From the NCBI GenBank assembly GCA_054600435.1, contig BAAIJX010000002.1, positions 434,001-498,000 of the forward strand: 64,000 nucleotides of DNA. Reading direction: 5' to 3'. This DNA comes from Neophaeotheca triangularis (lineage: Eukaryota). The first letter of the stretch is position 1. Every line of letters starts with the position of its first letter. The notes below the pieces were generated by a model. The model made no database searches, had not been told where the DNA came from, and saw nothing but the letters and a program-made list of their open reading frames with translations. Of this stretch, positions 1-12,655 are shown in pieces. The position numbers were made by a program, and so were the translations under genes.

Positions 1-245
1 TCGCCAAGGCGCTCCACAAACTGCGCGTGCAAGTTCTTAATGGCGGCCGGTACTTCGCGCGCGGGCGTGGGGAAACAATTGGCGAAGTTGTTGTAGTTGC
101 AGCGCGCGAGGATGTGTGTGACGGCTTCGTTGTAGAGGGTTATGAGGGTGTGGGCGCGCGGGCCGGGGGCGGAGGCTGTGGGGGGTGGGGGTGAGGGAGA
201 GGCGGCGCCGTTGGTGGGGTCTGTTGCCATGGTGTCTGTTGCCAT
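1..245 (-). CDS. NNF1: Kinetochore MIND/Mis12 complex subunit Nnf1 (5' part; runs off the window start)
   Basis: Not in the ORF track. Manual translation from ATG 245 gives MATDTMATDPTNGAASPSPPPPTASAPGPRAHTLITLYNEAVTHILARCNYNNFANCFPTPAREVPAAIKNLHAQFVERLG, open to position 1. The PGPRA...NF..CFPTPA pattern matches my recollection of filamentous-fungal Nnf1. Confidence 0.75.
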   Translation of the reverse strand, partial: MATDTMATDPTNGAASPSPPPPTASAPGPRAHTLITLYNEAVTHILARCNYNNFANCFPTPAREVPAAIKNLHAQFVERLG

Positions 246-617
246 TGTGGTTGATAGGAGTGGTGGTTTTCCGTTTTGGCAAATAAGTGAGTGACGGCGG
301 TGGTTGTTGATGGGAAGCGCGCATGTTGTGTTGTTACCTGATTGGGACGGGTGCCGAGGTGGGCTTAGTGAGATAAGATTAGGGTTGGTGTTTGTGTTGA
401 AATCAATCTTCGCGGGTACTTCTAAGAGGGTTGAACGTCTACAATGGGATGTGATGAAACTCATCTGGGTATTGATTCAATGGCTATTAAATAAAAAGGT
501 CCAAGGTCGTGCCAAGTACTAAACTCCAAGTAGCGCCCTTTGCTTGCCCGCGTTAAAACACAACCCAGCATCTTTACTCCGTACTTAATCAACGACATAC
601 GAAACCTTCTCCACCAC

Positions 618-3600
618 CTACAATGAAGTGCCATTGTTGATGTAGACCAAGATCTTGCCAGAGCCACCGCAAGCCTCAGTCTTGTTACCATTGCAAGGGA
701 AACTGCAGCCCGCATCGAGAGGGTTGGGGCCATCAGCAATGGACTTGGTAGGAGCAGAGTTGGAACCCCAGCATTCAGAGTAGTACTCAGTCCCGCAGTA
801 GGTGAGACCCCTAGCCCTGCAGGCATCCATGCAGTTGGCGGTGGTGGCGTTGGCCGAGCCGCCAAAAGCCTCCAAGGAGACCAAGCTGCCAAGAGCGCGA
901 GGCCCGCCGTTGTCCATGTAGCAAGCCATCATGTTCCAGGTGTCGTACTTGTCGCGAGCAACGAAGCTGTTCGTGAAGGCGTCGTTCACCACAACCGAGA
1001 GGCGGTTGCCTGCTCCGCACTTTTGGGTGTTGTCGCCGGGGCAGCGCATGGAGCAGTCGCTTGCGGTGACTTTCTCTGTCGAAGGAGCGTTCTTGCCACA
1101 CCAGCATTCTTGGCCGTACTCCGTTCCGCTGTACTTGTAGCCTCTCTCCTGGCATGTCTTTGCGCATTCGCTGGGGGTCTGAGACGATGTCGAGCCGGCG
1201 CCAAATGGAAGCGCGCGAGATCCGGCGGCTTCTTTGTAGCAGCCCACCGAAGAGTAACCCGTGGGGAGGGTGGGAGCTGTGGTAGTGCTGGTGGTGGATG
1301 AAGAGCTGCTGGTAGAGAGGGAGCTCGCTGTGGAGGTGGTGATCGTCAGGGCGCTGCTGGTCATGCCGCTCGTGGTCGAGGAAGATGATGCCACGGAAGA
1401 GGTGCTTGAGGAGCTTGCTGTCGAGCTGGCAGGCGTAGTAGCTGCCTCCGACGATGAACTGCTCGAGGGGATAATTGGAACAGCGGTGGAAGACGACAGG
1501 GACTCGCTAGTAGACGAGCTAGAAGAACTCTGTGTCGACAAGGTGGTCACTGAGCTGACACTTGTGGCTGCCACCGAACTGCTGGAAATGGCAACCGTGG
1601 AAGAAGGCGATGACGCTGTCGCGGATGAGCTTGACGAGGTCTGAATTGACGAGGTGGTAGACGTAGTAGCGGCGGCCGACGACGAGCTGGAAGTGCCAGT
1701 CGAGAGGGTGGTAGAAGAAGAGGACCCGCTGGTGGACGAAGGGGTAGAAGTTTCCAACTTGGCGCCCCAGATTCCTGGAGCATTCAAAGCAGGTCCAAGG
1801 ACTGACTTCATGTAGCATGCATTTCCGGAAAGACTGACGTCGACACAACCGGAGCGGGAAGCGCACTCGTCGATGCATTGTTTGAGGGAAGAAACTCCCA
1901 CGGATGCCATGTCGCCTCCTTGGTGGTCGGTGTCGCATTCGATGCGGAATTTCTGGCCGTCGGGGGCGGTGTAGATCGATTTGTCAGAGTTGGGACAGGT
2001 GAGTGCTGTAGAGGTCGGCGAGCTCTCGGTAGTCGAAGACCTTGTTGTCGTTGTTCCGGTTGTAGCGGCTGTCGAATCGCCAGCCTTCGAAGAGCCTTGC
2101 GTCGTCCTCGTGGATGTCGCGGACGGAGCCGCGGAGGCGCTCACAACTACGTCTGGGTTCATGTACAGCGAGTATCGGTTGCCGGCACCACAGAACTGGG
2201 ACTGGTCGGCGGCACAAGTCTTCGAGCACTGCGAGTTGCTGACTTCCGAAGCCCCGGATGCGATAGAATTGCCACAGTAACACTCTGATCCATACGAGGT
2301 GGCGAAATACTTGGATCCGACACAAAATTTGGCGCATACTTCCAGTGTCATGCTGTTGCCCGAGGTAGACATGCCTGTCAAGGCGCGCGAGCTCGTGCCC
2401 TCTGTGACACAGCGCTGGTAGTAGAAGTCGTCAACTTGCTCTCGGTTGCTAGGAGCGGGCAGAATCTCAGGCTTTCCGTTAGAGTATAGGCTCAGGCGGT
2501 TGTTACCACCGCATGTCTGCGTGCTGTTGCCTGGGCATGGCATCTGGCAACTGGACTGGATGACCTGAGTGGCCTGGCTCGTGAGCTTGTTGCCACAGAA
2601 ACATTGACTGCCGTACTGCAAGCCGGAGATAGAGTACCCGGCGTCGGCACAAGCGGACGTGCACTTTTGAACGTTGTTGTCGCTGTTATCGTAGATCATG
2701 TACGAAAGCGAGCGCGTCGACTGGTCGCTCCAACAGCCAGAATAGGTCTGGTTGCCTGCGTAAACAGTGTCGTCCTTTGACGTTGGATCGTCGAGAATAT
2801 CAGGGTTGGGGTAGGGGTTGTCACCACTCTGCTGACGAGTACCAAAGTCGTAAGCACGGCTACCGTTGCCGTTCCAGTTATCGATGAAGAGACGAGCTTG
2901 ACCGGCCTTGCTGGCAAACATGGCACCCCCGTCATGGCCCGTGTTGACGTAATCTACCGTGTCACAGTTGCGGCCATTCGGATCATCGCACGAAGGAGGG
3001 AAGGCATTGATGAAGTTGAAAAAGCGCTCGTTGCGGTTGCTTCCAGTCGTGCCAGCAGCGCAGCTAGAGGAGGCATCGCCCAAGTCTTGGGTAGCCCTGC
3101 CGTAAGCAATCTGCTTGCTGTGGTAGTTTGCCTGGATGGCTTCACGGCCCGAAGCGACGAGGTCTAGACCGTAGGTCATAGGGTACGACTTGAAGTTACT
3201 GTAACCCTCGCGGTAATCATCGTAGATGTCGCAGCCCCCTGTGGAGAGTGGCCTGTCCTGCGAAAGCCAGACGTAGCTGTTGGGGTTACCGATGTAATGA
3301 GTGACTGGCACACGGGTGTTCAGTTGCTTGCCAAGGGCAGCGTATCGCTGGACCATCTGAGCACCTGTGTACATGTTAGCATGAGCGGGAAGCTTGAGAC
3401 AGCAAAGATGTGGGCATACCGAGAGAGTGTCCGGAAACAACGATCTGCTTCATGTTGGGGAACTGGCTTGCGTTGTCGAAGTACTGGACAAGCTCGTCGA
3501 GCACATAGTATGACGAGATGGTGTTCTCGCTGGCCTTGGGGTACTGAGCATCGCCGCCTGCGGACCACTGAGAGCCTTTCCAGACCAGACAGTTGGAAAC

Positions 3601-4041
3601 AGAGCCCAAGCCCGCTTTCTTCCCGTCCACCCATGGGTACGCGTACTGGTCTGTGTTGCCCTGCTTGTCGTTGCCACTGGCGAACATAGGGGCCATAATG
3701 GCTACATTGTCCTTGTTGATACCGAGGCTAGGATCGAGCTGGGACATGGCACTCAGCATGTTCACTTCATACGTGCCCGGATCTCTGTTCAAGCCATGTA
3801 TGACGATGATGGCACGCTGCAGTTCGGAGTCCACAAGCCGGTTACCTTGGCGGTTGTGATTGATGTAGTTGATAAGAGTCAGGTTATTGTTCTTGCCGGC
3901 TGGGTCTTTGATCCGGAAGTACGCGATCTCTCCATCACTGAGTCCCGGGAGGCTATTGGGAATGACATCTCCGGCGTATTGCTGGGCGGACGAAAGAACC
4001 GCAAGAGTAGCAGTGATTGCGGTGGACAGGGTGAAGCGCAT
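618..4041 (-). CDS. Secreted alpha/beta-hydrolase-domain protein with 4 WSC domains, a PAN/apple-like module and a Ser/Thr-rich linker (~1122 aa)
   Basis: Exons 4041-3420 and 3364-618. Intron 3365-3419 (GTATGC..GCTAAC..CAG) joins GHSLG|AQMVQRY. Signal peptide MRFTLSTAITATLAVLSSA. Four repeats of the WSC pattern (GC..D/E..R.L...C...C.....G.(Q/E)YG.(Q/E)C.CG...C...C.G.....CG..NR). Confidence 0.85.
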
Positions 4042-6049
4042 GTTGACTGAAGTGCTTAGCGAGTGTGGATTGGCAAAGCCAATAATGTAAAAGAGAGCTC
4101 ACAGGGTCGAATGCCCAAACGAGAGAAGGCAACAGAGGCGGGTACGATCTATCAGTGTCCAGTGATCAGGCGGGATGGCGAGGGAAAGATGGATGGCAGG
4201 AAGACGCGGATCAGTCGAGATATACTTCCCACTACCCTCTACTTACTGGGTTTGCGGAATGGACAGGAGGAATCAATATTTCCCCGATTGTAGAAGCATT
4301 ATTGCTTTTCGACGTGTGCTGGAACCCCTGTTGGCGGCCGTTGTACCTGCAGCAATAATTCCAGCGGCGTACATTTTATTCTCGAAGGGAAACGCCCAAA
4401 CGCCCAACTCTATTGGCAAGGTTTCTGCACGGAAAGGGGCGTCCCACGTGAGTGTGGCGCACAATGTATGGGATCGCGAAGTCTATATCGAAGCTACCAC
4501 TCCAGACCCAAGTAGTAGGGACATGGCGCGGCTGTTGTGAGTGCGGACTCCTGGAGAGAAAGCGACGAAGCGTGTCACGCGTATGCAGGCCCGATGCAAC
4601 AATCTAGCACCAGATTGTAGAGTGCTCCCGCTTTAGGACTGCCCTTCTCCACAAGAAGCACTAGAGTTTGACATGGTCAGGCTAGTGCAGCTGCTTAGGT
4701 TTTGGAAGACAAGGACAAATCTGGAACGACATCCGCACGGCGGACTCACGACAGAAGGTAGGTAGGGCCTGTCCGGGCCGTAGCCTGTAGGGCAGCTATC
4801 AGTGATCAGTATCGGCCAAATTGTGCGGCAAGCCAGCACTCAGCTCGCCGTTTTCTCTGAAGGCGTGGGTGTCGAGATTTCCTTGTCGCCGTCACGGAGC
4901 GCTGCAGCCGGAGTAGGTAGTGCCCTGTGGTAGAAGCAGACGACGTAAAAAGTCTCCAGTTGTGAAGAACCGAGGCGGTAAAATCTAACGGCGGATGTAG
5001 CTGTGGGAGTGCAGATGCTAGTACGTGCAGCTACTACCTACTAAACTAGTCTCATCAGATGGAATCGCCCCGAGTCAGAGGAGTCCGCTTCTTCCGTGAA
5101 GATCGGGAAGCTTTCCCAGTTGGCCGACGCCAGATTTAGCACGAACGCCGGTAAACCGCACAGTCACTACCTCTGCACGAGCAACAAGACGAGCCGGCAG
5201 TCGTAGACTTGCATCTTCTGCCATTTATATGTATTAATCAATATTTTAACCAGCTGGAGGCTTCACAGCAACAATATTTACCTGAAAGAATGGTAGTCCT
5301 GGTACCTCCCGGTCTCCCGGGATCATCAAACGAAAAGAAAGTCAACCTGGGAAGAAACCTCACGCCCCTGACCACGCCCTGAACGAGACGGGTGATAGCT
5401 CAAAGTCTATGTCAGCTGCACCGAAAGAAAAGCCTACCCGTACCTGAATAATAATAACCGCAACCGCGGCAAGTTGGCAGCACATCTCATTATTATTTTA
5501 TTCTCGAATAGTAAATCGGATGTCCGGAGGGTGATGTCAAGCAGATGCCACGGCCAGCTGCCTGAACACCCACCTAAACATCTAGCATCTCCTCCTTATT
5601 GCTGCATCTCGGTTTCCCAAGCTGCAATCGCTCAGAAAAGTGACTTTGTTCAAAAGCCTACGAGCTACCACCGTCTGGTCAGCCTGAGCGGTACTTGATA
5701 GAGACAGATCACGAGCATCAGTGCTGAATTGCATCAGACCATCATCAATGCCTCAAATCCCTCATCTCTTGATCCCTACCGCCGCACTGCACTGCACAAA
5801 TACTTATGGACATTTATTGGTTTAGATATAGCAGCGGGCATTGGCACTAGCGCCTTTCGCGGTATGCAATGCAAAAGATACACTAGAGCTGGGAGACAGC
5901 AGATAGAGTGAAAACCTGATGAGTAGATAGACAATGTCCGTCTGCCCTCGGGCGGCTGTGGTGACTGGAACAAGGCCACGCCTCCTAATCGTACAAGCTA
6001 TGCCACAACCTGAACGTCACGATCGTGCCTGGGATCACGGGACCCAACC

Positions 6050-8034
6050 TCATGCATTCTGCAAAGACTTCCTGATAGCATCCCGCTCCTCCTTGACAAG
6101 CACGCTCCTTCTGCGAATCTTCTCGCCATCGCCAAAAACCCTAACCACCAATTCCTTCTTGTTGATTTTACCCATGGCATTCCGTGGAATCTCGTCCACT
6201 ACAATACAATCTTGCGGTATTTTGTAAGCAACCAGCTTGTCCTTGAGAGCTCTTCGAACGTCCATTGCGCTCCACTCTTTGCCTCCTTTTCCAGCTGTCT
6301 TGCCTTGTTCCGTGAGGACCAGCACAGCTGCCACTTTCTGACCCCATGTCTCCGATGGAAGACCAACAATAGCGCATTCGGAAACCTCGGGGCACGAGAG
6401 GAGTTCGCGTTCAATCTCGAGGGCTGAAACCTTCTCGCCACCGGTCTTGATGATATCGGCCGACTGGCGGCCGTGGATGAAGTACGCTGGGCCTTGTGCC
6501 CATTTTCCACTTGCGCCAGCACCTGCACCAGGCACAGGCTTTCGCACCGCCACGTCACCCGTCTTGAACCAGCCGTCGGACGTGAATTCCTTCTTCGTAG
6601 CCTCTGGGTTGCGCCAGTATTCCTGGAAAATTGTGGGGCCGCGCAACTGTATCTCTCCTGGTCTTTCCTTGCCTTTCGAATCGGTCTCCTCGCCGTCTTC
6701 AATCACTGCACCCGTGTCGCTGTCCACCAGTCGCGCCTCTACTGATGGCAATGGCCATCCAACCGAGCCGTCGATGCGGTCCTCATCTGCAAGTCCACAC
6801 GACAGCGCCATACCAACTTCCGTCATGCCGAATCTTTCGAGAAGAACGTTGCCCTCGCTCAAATCAGTCCAGGCCTTTTTCGTGGGCGTGGGTAAAGCCG
6901 CTGACCCAGAGATGTTTAGCCGGAGGTTTGTACGTTGAATAGCTTCTTTTGTTGCTGCTTGCATATCTGCGGGCAGACTAGGGAAAGACTGCTGCATTCT
7001 TGCCCATACAGTCGGCACTGCCGTGAAAAAGGTGATCGGGTTGGCTTCGTGTGGCAACCTGACTCCATCCGAAATGAAAGGGGACGCGAATCGCTTCCAG
7101 ACGAGGTCCACATTGAAAGGGAACATGAACTCAATGGTAGACCCAGCCAGCAAAGGCGTAAGCAGCGCATTGACCGTACCGTGGATGTGATGGAGCGGCA
7201 GGACATGGAGAAGGTAGTCCTGCGGCGAGTACTCCCAGGCCTCAAGCAGTGACCGGGCTTGTGCAGTGAGAGTCTGCGTTGGAAGCAAGACACCTTTTGG
7301 TCGTGATGTGGTACCCGAAGTATACAGCATAATGCCCCCACGCGCGTCGTCAGGTTGTCCAGTGAGTTCGACCTTTTCGGGTGTAGTTGCACCTTCGAGC
7401 GTCTTTTCAATCAAGGCCAGCCCCGGCGCTTTCTCCAAACCCTCTTTGACCGCTTCCTGCGCCTTTTGCATGAACTTCTCGGTGGAGAGAAGCATGATGG
7501 CCTCGCTGTGATCCAGCACATATCTAAGTTCTGACAGAGGGAACGATGGTGCAAGAGGCACAGCTATAGCATTGGAAGAAAGGATGGCGAGGAGAGTAGC
7601 TGAGATCCAACATCAGCGATTGACCTACCGCGAGCAGAACGTGGCATCTAGAGCGTCGCACCTACGTAGTCGTAGCCGTTCTCTGCCAAGAAAGCTACCC
7701 TCTCGCCCGCAATGCCCTCGTTTTCTCTACCGGCATCTTTGAGGAGCTTCTGCCGCTTGAGCGACACATCGCGGAGAAGGGAGCTGTACTTGAATGAGCG
7801 GCCTGAGAGGGAATGGACGACAGCTGTGCGGCTGGGGTCGTGGCTCTCAATGGCATCGATAAATGCTGAACGATGGAGGGCCGCCATTGTTTTCGGAATT
7901 GGAGAGGCGAAGGCTCGATATTGAGTAGCAGTCGAGGTGAACTTAGGTGTGCAGGTAGGTCTGAGATACAGGCGAAGGGCAGGCGGGAGGGAGAGCAGTG
8001 TAGAAGCGGTGCCCAGGTGGAATCGCGGAGGCAT
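6050..8034 (-). CDS. Acyl-CoA synthetase, ACSF3/MatB malonyl-CoA synthetase-like (~640 aa)
   Basis: Exons 8034-7662 and 7599-6050 (intron 7600-7661). AMP-binding loop YTSGTTSRPKG, ERFGMTE (MatB/ACSF3 ERYGMTE-like), GWFKTGD, PRNAMGK. Arg/Ser/Thr-rich N-terminus resembles a mitochondrial presequence. Confidence 0.88.
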
Positions 8035-9234
8035 GATGGGGAGGAAACACCCCCCAGTGTGGAGATGTGTTGGGATGGTGAGGTGCCGGTGAGGTTAGCC
8101 CGAGTTCCATTGTATCACCCCGTCATGGCCGCCGATTAATGTCGGGTTTGTGTGTAGAGATCCGGAAGTAAATATCGGCCGTCTTTCAAAAGCCGATGAC
8201 CGATGTCGGCTTTCAAGGAACCGCCCCGCCATCCGGTATCCTAGGAAGGCATCTCGGTATGGCAACACTTCACCTTTTAGTTCTAATAAGTACAGTAGTA
8301 GGCAGCTCAGCTCAGCCCCTAGGTCATCTTCACAAGCACTTGTGTGAAGAAAGATACAGTACCAACCCGAACATCTACGTCATCCCCAGCCTTGGAAATG
8401 CGCGCGGCGCCCATGCCGCCGGGAAAAAGCCCAGCACCAAATGAAAGGCATGACCTGCTGACCCTCGGGCGGGCGCCCTTCACTCACAAAACGAGGCCAG
8501 CGTCGACAACATAATCCAAGACGCGACGTTCTAGGCGTCTTCGCCTTGCCCTGGACCCTTGCATCGTTGCCCGGACGAGAGTTGCCGGCCTGCGGTGCTT
8601 ACACAGCCCTCTGCAGTCTGCCAGGCACCCGCTGCAATTACCTGCAAGCCCCAACAATGCTTTGCAGCGGTCCGTTGATCATTCATGGTCTCCATTGAAA
8701 GAACGAGTTTCTTCCATGTCCAAGACAAAGTTCGATGACTCACAAGTTCTACACTGTGATTCAAGTGTCTGTGTAGTAGTAATTCTGCCTGCTGCAAGCT
8801 AGGCACCTGCCTCGCCCCAGTAAGTCATACCTGAGGGGGCCGCCCACGCCGCCCAGAGGCAGCGTTCGGCGCCCATTTCTTCAATACCACCTGCTATGCC
8901 TGCTCGCTGCCTAGTTTTCGCCAGCAACGCTTTCATTTAAAATCAATCATCGTTGTTCCGGCTGCGCTCTCTTCTCTTCCACAAAAACGAAACATCTTAT
9001 CCACACACATCGATTCCCCCGTCCGTACATTCGATACACATAACCGAGTCACCAATACAATTTCTGCGGTCTACTTCACACCGACTACACATTATCGTCC
9101 TGGCGAGTGAAACAGACCGAGGTTCGGGCATCGAAGACAATTCGAGCGTGACCGAGATCGATAACTTGAGCACTAAGAACGATCGAATACTTGAGCAAGA
9201 CAATCACACAACTATCATCGAAACAGATACCAAC

Positions 9235-9491
9235 ATGGGCGGCAAAAGCGCACTCCAAAAGGGTCAACTTGGTCACGGTAAGGGAGCCACGAGCTGTCGT
9301 TGAGTGCTACAGATGCCAGAGATGGTACTGACTTTTCTCAAGGAGAACCAAAAACTAGTAAAGACCAGTCGACCAGAGGGACAGCTAGCAAGAAGCCTGT
9401 CATTCACCAAGGCTCGACAAAAGGTACCACGACGAAGGGGAGCCCGGAGCCATCGTCGAGAGACGCGATTCATGGTGGATACTGGGACTGA
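9235..9491 (+). CDS. Putative spliced 63-aa basic, low-complexity microprotein
   Basis: ATG in caacATGG context at 9235. Exon 9235-9277, intron 9278-9342 (GTAAGG..TACTGAC-TTTTCTC-AAG), exon 9343-9491 in frame. Product MGGKSALQKGQLGHGEPKTSKDQSTRGTASKKPVIHQGSTKGTTTKGSPEPSSRDAIHGGYWD. Confidence 0.55.
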
Positions 9492-9961
9492 GACACGCGG
9501 CCTTGCTGCTTGTGGCGTTATGGAATCGGTTGGTTTGACTTGGGTAGGACCAGGCTTTTTGAAAAGTGAGAGCGTAGAGGATACCCAGCTTGCCTAGGAG
9601 TTTACTTGGGGAGGTCGTCGAACAGAAAAAGACAAGGAAGAGAAAATGTGGGCGACCACTGGGCGATTACGAGGGAATTTCTCGCACCTGTATTGTGTTA
9701 GACAAATATTATATTGCTTCGCCTGTTACAACGTCTTTTTTTGCATTATCGTAAGTCATATGAAATTGCCGGTCAGAGTTATGAGGTGAGGTTGCCGATC
9801 GGACATGCATGTTGTGGAGCAACGCATCCAACTGCCCCGCAATGGCCCGCAGTAGTGATCACCAACAGCGCCCCGTGGAGCTCCTCAGAACCGAGGAAGA
9901 ACATTGCCAATTGCTCACCACCTACCTACCTACTCTCCCTCTATCTCGTCATCCATTTGCC

Positions 9962-11777
9962 ATGAAAGCCGTCCTATCCTCCATCTCCAATAAACCCGCG
10001 ATCCGGTCACAGATTCGTCGTTTCAATCACCCTAGAATAATACCTTCCCCAAGAACCTACGGCATGTCGCACTCAGTACCACCTCTCAACGATAAGAGCC
10101 TGCTCAAGTCGCAAGCCTATGTCAATGGAAAATGGATCGATGCAAAGTCCGGGCAGACTTTTGAGGTCACCGACCCTGCGACTGGAAAGGTCATTGGAAC
10201 AATGCCAGAGATGAATGCCGAGGACACCACAGCTGCCATTAAAGCTGCCGAAGAGGCCCTCGCTTCCTTCAGAAAGACTACCGGAAGAGAGAGGGCGAGG
10301 CTTTTGCGGAAATGGTACCAGCTGTTGGTCGACAACTCGGAAGATCTTGCGAAGCTGATCACCTGGGAGAACGGGAAGCCTATTGCCGATGCCAGAGGAG
10401 AAGCGACGTATGGATCCAACTTCTTCGAGTGGTTCAGTGAGGAGGCACCTAGGACATACGGCGATACAATCCCGGCGACGGTCCCTGGCAACCGAGTGTT
10501 CACCATCAAGGAGCCAGTGGGTGTCTGCGGGCTCATTACACCGTAAGACAGGCATCGTTCCCAACATTGCGAATGACAAACCTGACTGACGCTTCCCAGA
10601 TGGAATTTCCCTCTTGCAATGGTAAATAAAGACAGTATGGCAGTGAAATTGCGATGATGCTAACTCCCTACCAGATTACCCGCAAGGTTGGTCCTGCCCT
10701 TGCAGCTGGCTGCACGGTAGTTGCGAAATCACCAGGAGAGACACCTTTCACAGCTGCAGCAATGGCAGAACTTGCACACCGTGCGGGCGTTCCTCCAGGT
10801 GTTGTCAACTTTGTTACTGCGTTGAAAAACACCGCCGAGGTTGGTGAGACGATAACGGCATCGCCCACCGTCAGGAAGGTCTCCTTCACCGGATCTACTG
10901 GCGTTGGAAAACTTCTCATGAAGCAATCCGCGGACACATTGAAGAAGCTGTCTTTTGAGCTAGGAGGAAACGCCCCATTTGTAGGTCTTTCGTGCTGGTG
11001 ATGCCAGGTTCCGTCCTAACGTTGAGCAGATCGTTTTCGATGATGCCGACCTCGACACCGCCGTAAACGGAGCGATAGCTTGCAAGTTCCGATCATCTGG
11101 CCAGACTTGCGTTTGCGCCAACCGCATCTACGTCCAGAAGGGCATCTACGACAAGTTCGCCGAAGCCTTCACAGCCAAGGTCAACAGCTTCAAGGTCGGT
11201 GGAGGCTACAGCGATGGCGTGACCCATGGCCCTCTCATCCATGACCGCGCCGTTTCCAAAGTCCAAGCCCACGTCGATGATGCCGTGAAGCAGGGTGGCA
11301 AAGTCATGACAGGAGGCCAGAAGCTGCCCGATCTTGGTGACAATTTCTACCAGCCGACAGTTATCCGTGATATGAAGAGCAACATGCAACTTGCCAACGA
11401 AGAAACCTTTGGCCCTGTCGCCGGTCTTTTCTCCTTTGAGACTGAGGCCGAAGTTGTCAAGCTTGCAAACAACACTGACGTTGGGCTTGCTGGATACTTC
11501 TTCTCGAAAGACCTTCAGCGATGCTACCGTATGGCCGAAGCGTTGGAGGTTGGCATGGTTGGTATCAACACCGGTTTGGTCTCGGATCCAGCGGCTCCTT
11601 TCGGTGGTGTCAAGAATTCTGGCTTCGGTCGCGAGGGCAGCAGCCTTGGTATCCAAGAATACGAGATAACGAAAATGGTTTGTGACCTTACTTGCTGTTC
11701 GAACGAGTACTTGAAGCTGACATTGAAAAAACTAGGTCACGATGGGCGGCATGGGACAGCCTCTGCAAGGGTCTTGA
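9962..11777 (+). CDS. UGA2: Succinate-semialdehyde dehydrogenase, ALDH5/GabD type (~532 aa)
   Basis: Exons 9962-10542, 10600-10621, 10675-10980, 11030-11677, 11736-11777. Motifs ITPWNFP, SFTGSTGVG, ELGGNAP, SGQTCVC (catalytic Cys), EETFGP, PFGGVKNSGFGREG. Confidence 0.92.
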
Positions 11778-12655
11778 GCAAGAAACTGTACGGGTAATAC
11801 GTGATACCATGATATGAGTAGCTCTTGTTGAGACCGTTTAGCACGTTTTCACTTGATTGACCGAATCGCCGTTTTCTTGCACATTGCTGCCTACTTGATT
11901 CAGGCCCCATGCAGGATAGCAGGCTACCGAGCCATTTTGCGTCGTTGAATCTGCAGCTTGTGCCACCGACGTGCATACAGCTGCCTGGTGAAGCGCCTGA
12001 TACGTCAGAAGAGAAGAGGTCGTTCTCGTTGACGCTTTGCTCTGATATCTCACATGCACAGCAAATCTGCAGTTAACATGGCAAAGGTTTAGCTTCATCC
12101 CGAGCCGAGAACCATCGTGTCAAGGCGCATCCCAGCTGAAAAGGACGGCCATTACGATATTCATGGGGGGGAACCCACCGGGTTCAGCCTCGACAAATTG
12201 CCAGCACGATACTTGAGCCTGAGATCCACAAAAGCGCGTGACCAAAGTGCCTGTCCCGGGTGTCAAATTCCTTACCGAGACGCTTTCTATCAAGCGACGA
12301 AAATGCTGAACATGGAACTCGACGGCTTGGTGGCCCTGCCGCCTCACCTCCTCAAAGCCGCAATCCAGGCCCTACGCTCCGGAGCGCGAGATCATGTCAA
12401 TAGCATCAAATTTCTCCACTTAAGTAGAAAAACTCCGTTCTATCTTCGTGCGATGAAGGTTGTTCCGTGCACCCAGAAAGACCGGACAAGGTCAGATTTT
12501 TCAAGCGTAGATGCTTTGCAATCAATAGAATACTATTCACATCCTAGATAATATGCGAGCAATTGTCCTATCCAACAACTACCAATCGCTAGCCTCTTTG
12601 CCAACCAACTCCGGGTATTAAAATGTAATTGTATCTTCATCAAAAACACACCTCC

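Noticed and set aside
12117..12551. 144-aa ORF between SSADH and the transporter
   Set aside because: GTG start, no motifs, and it lies in convergent 3' regions.
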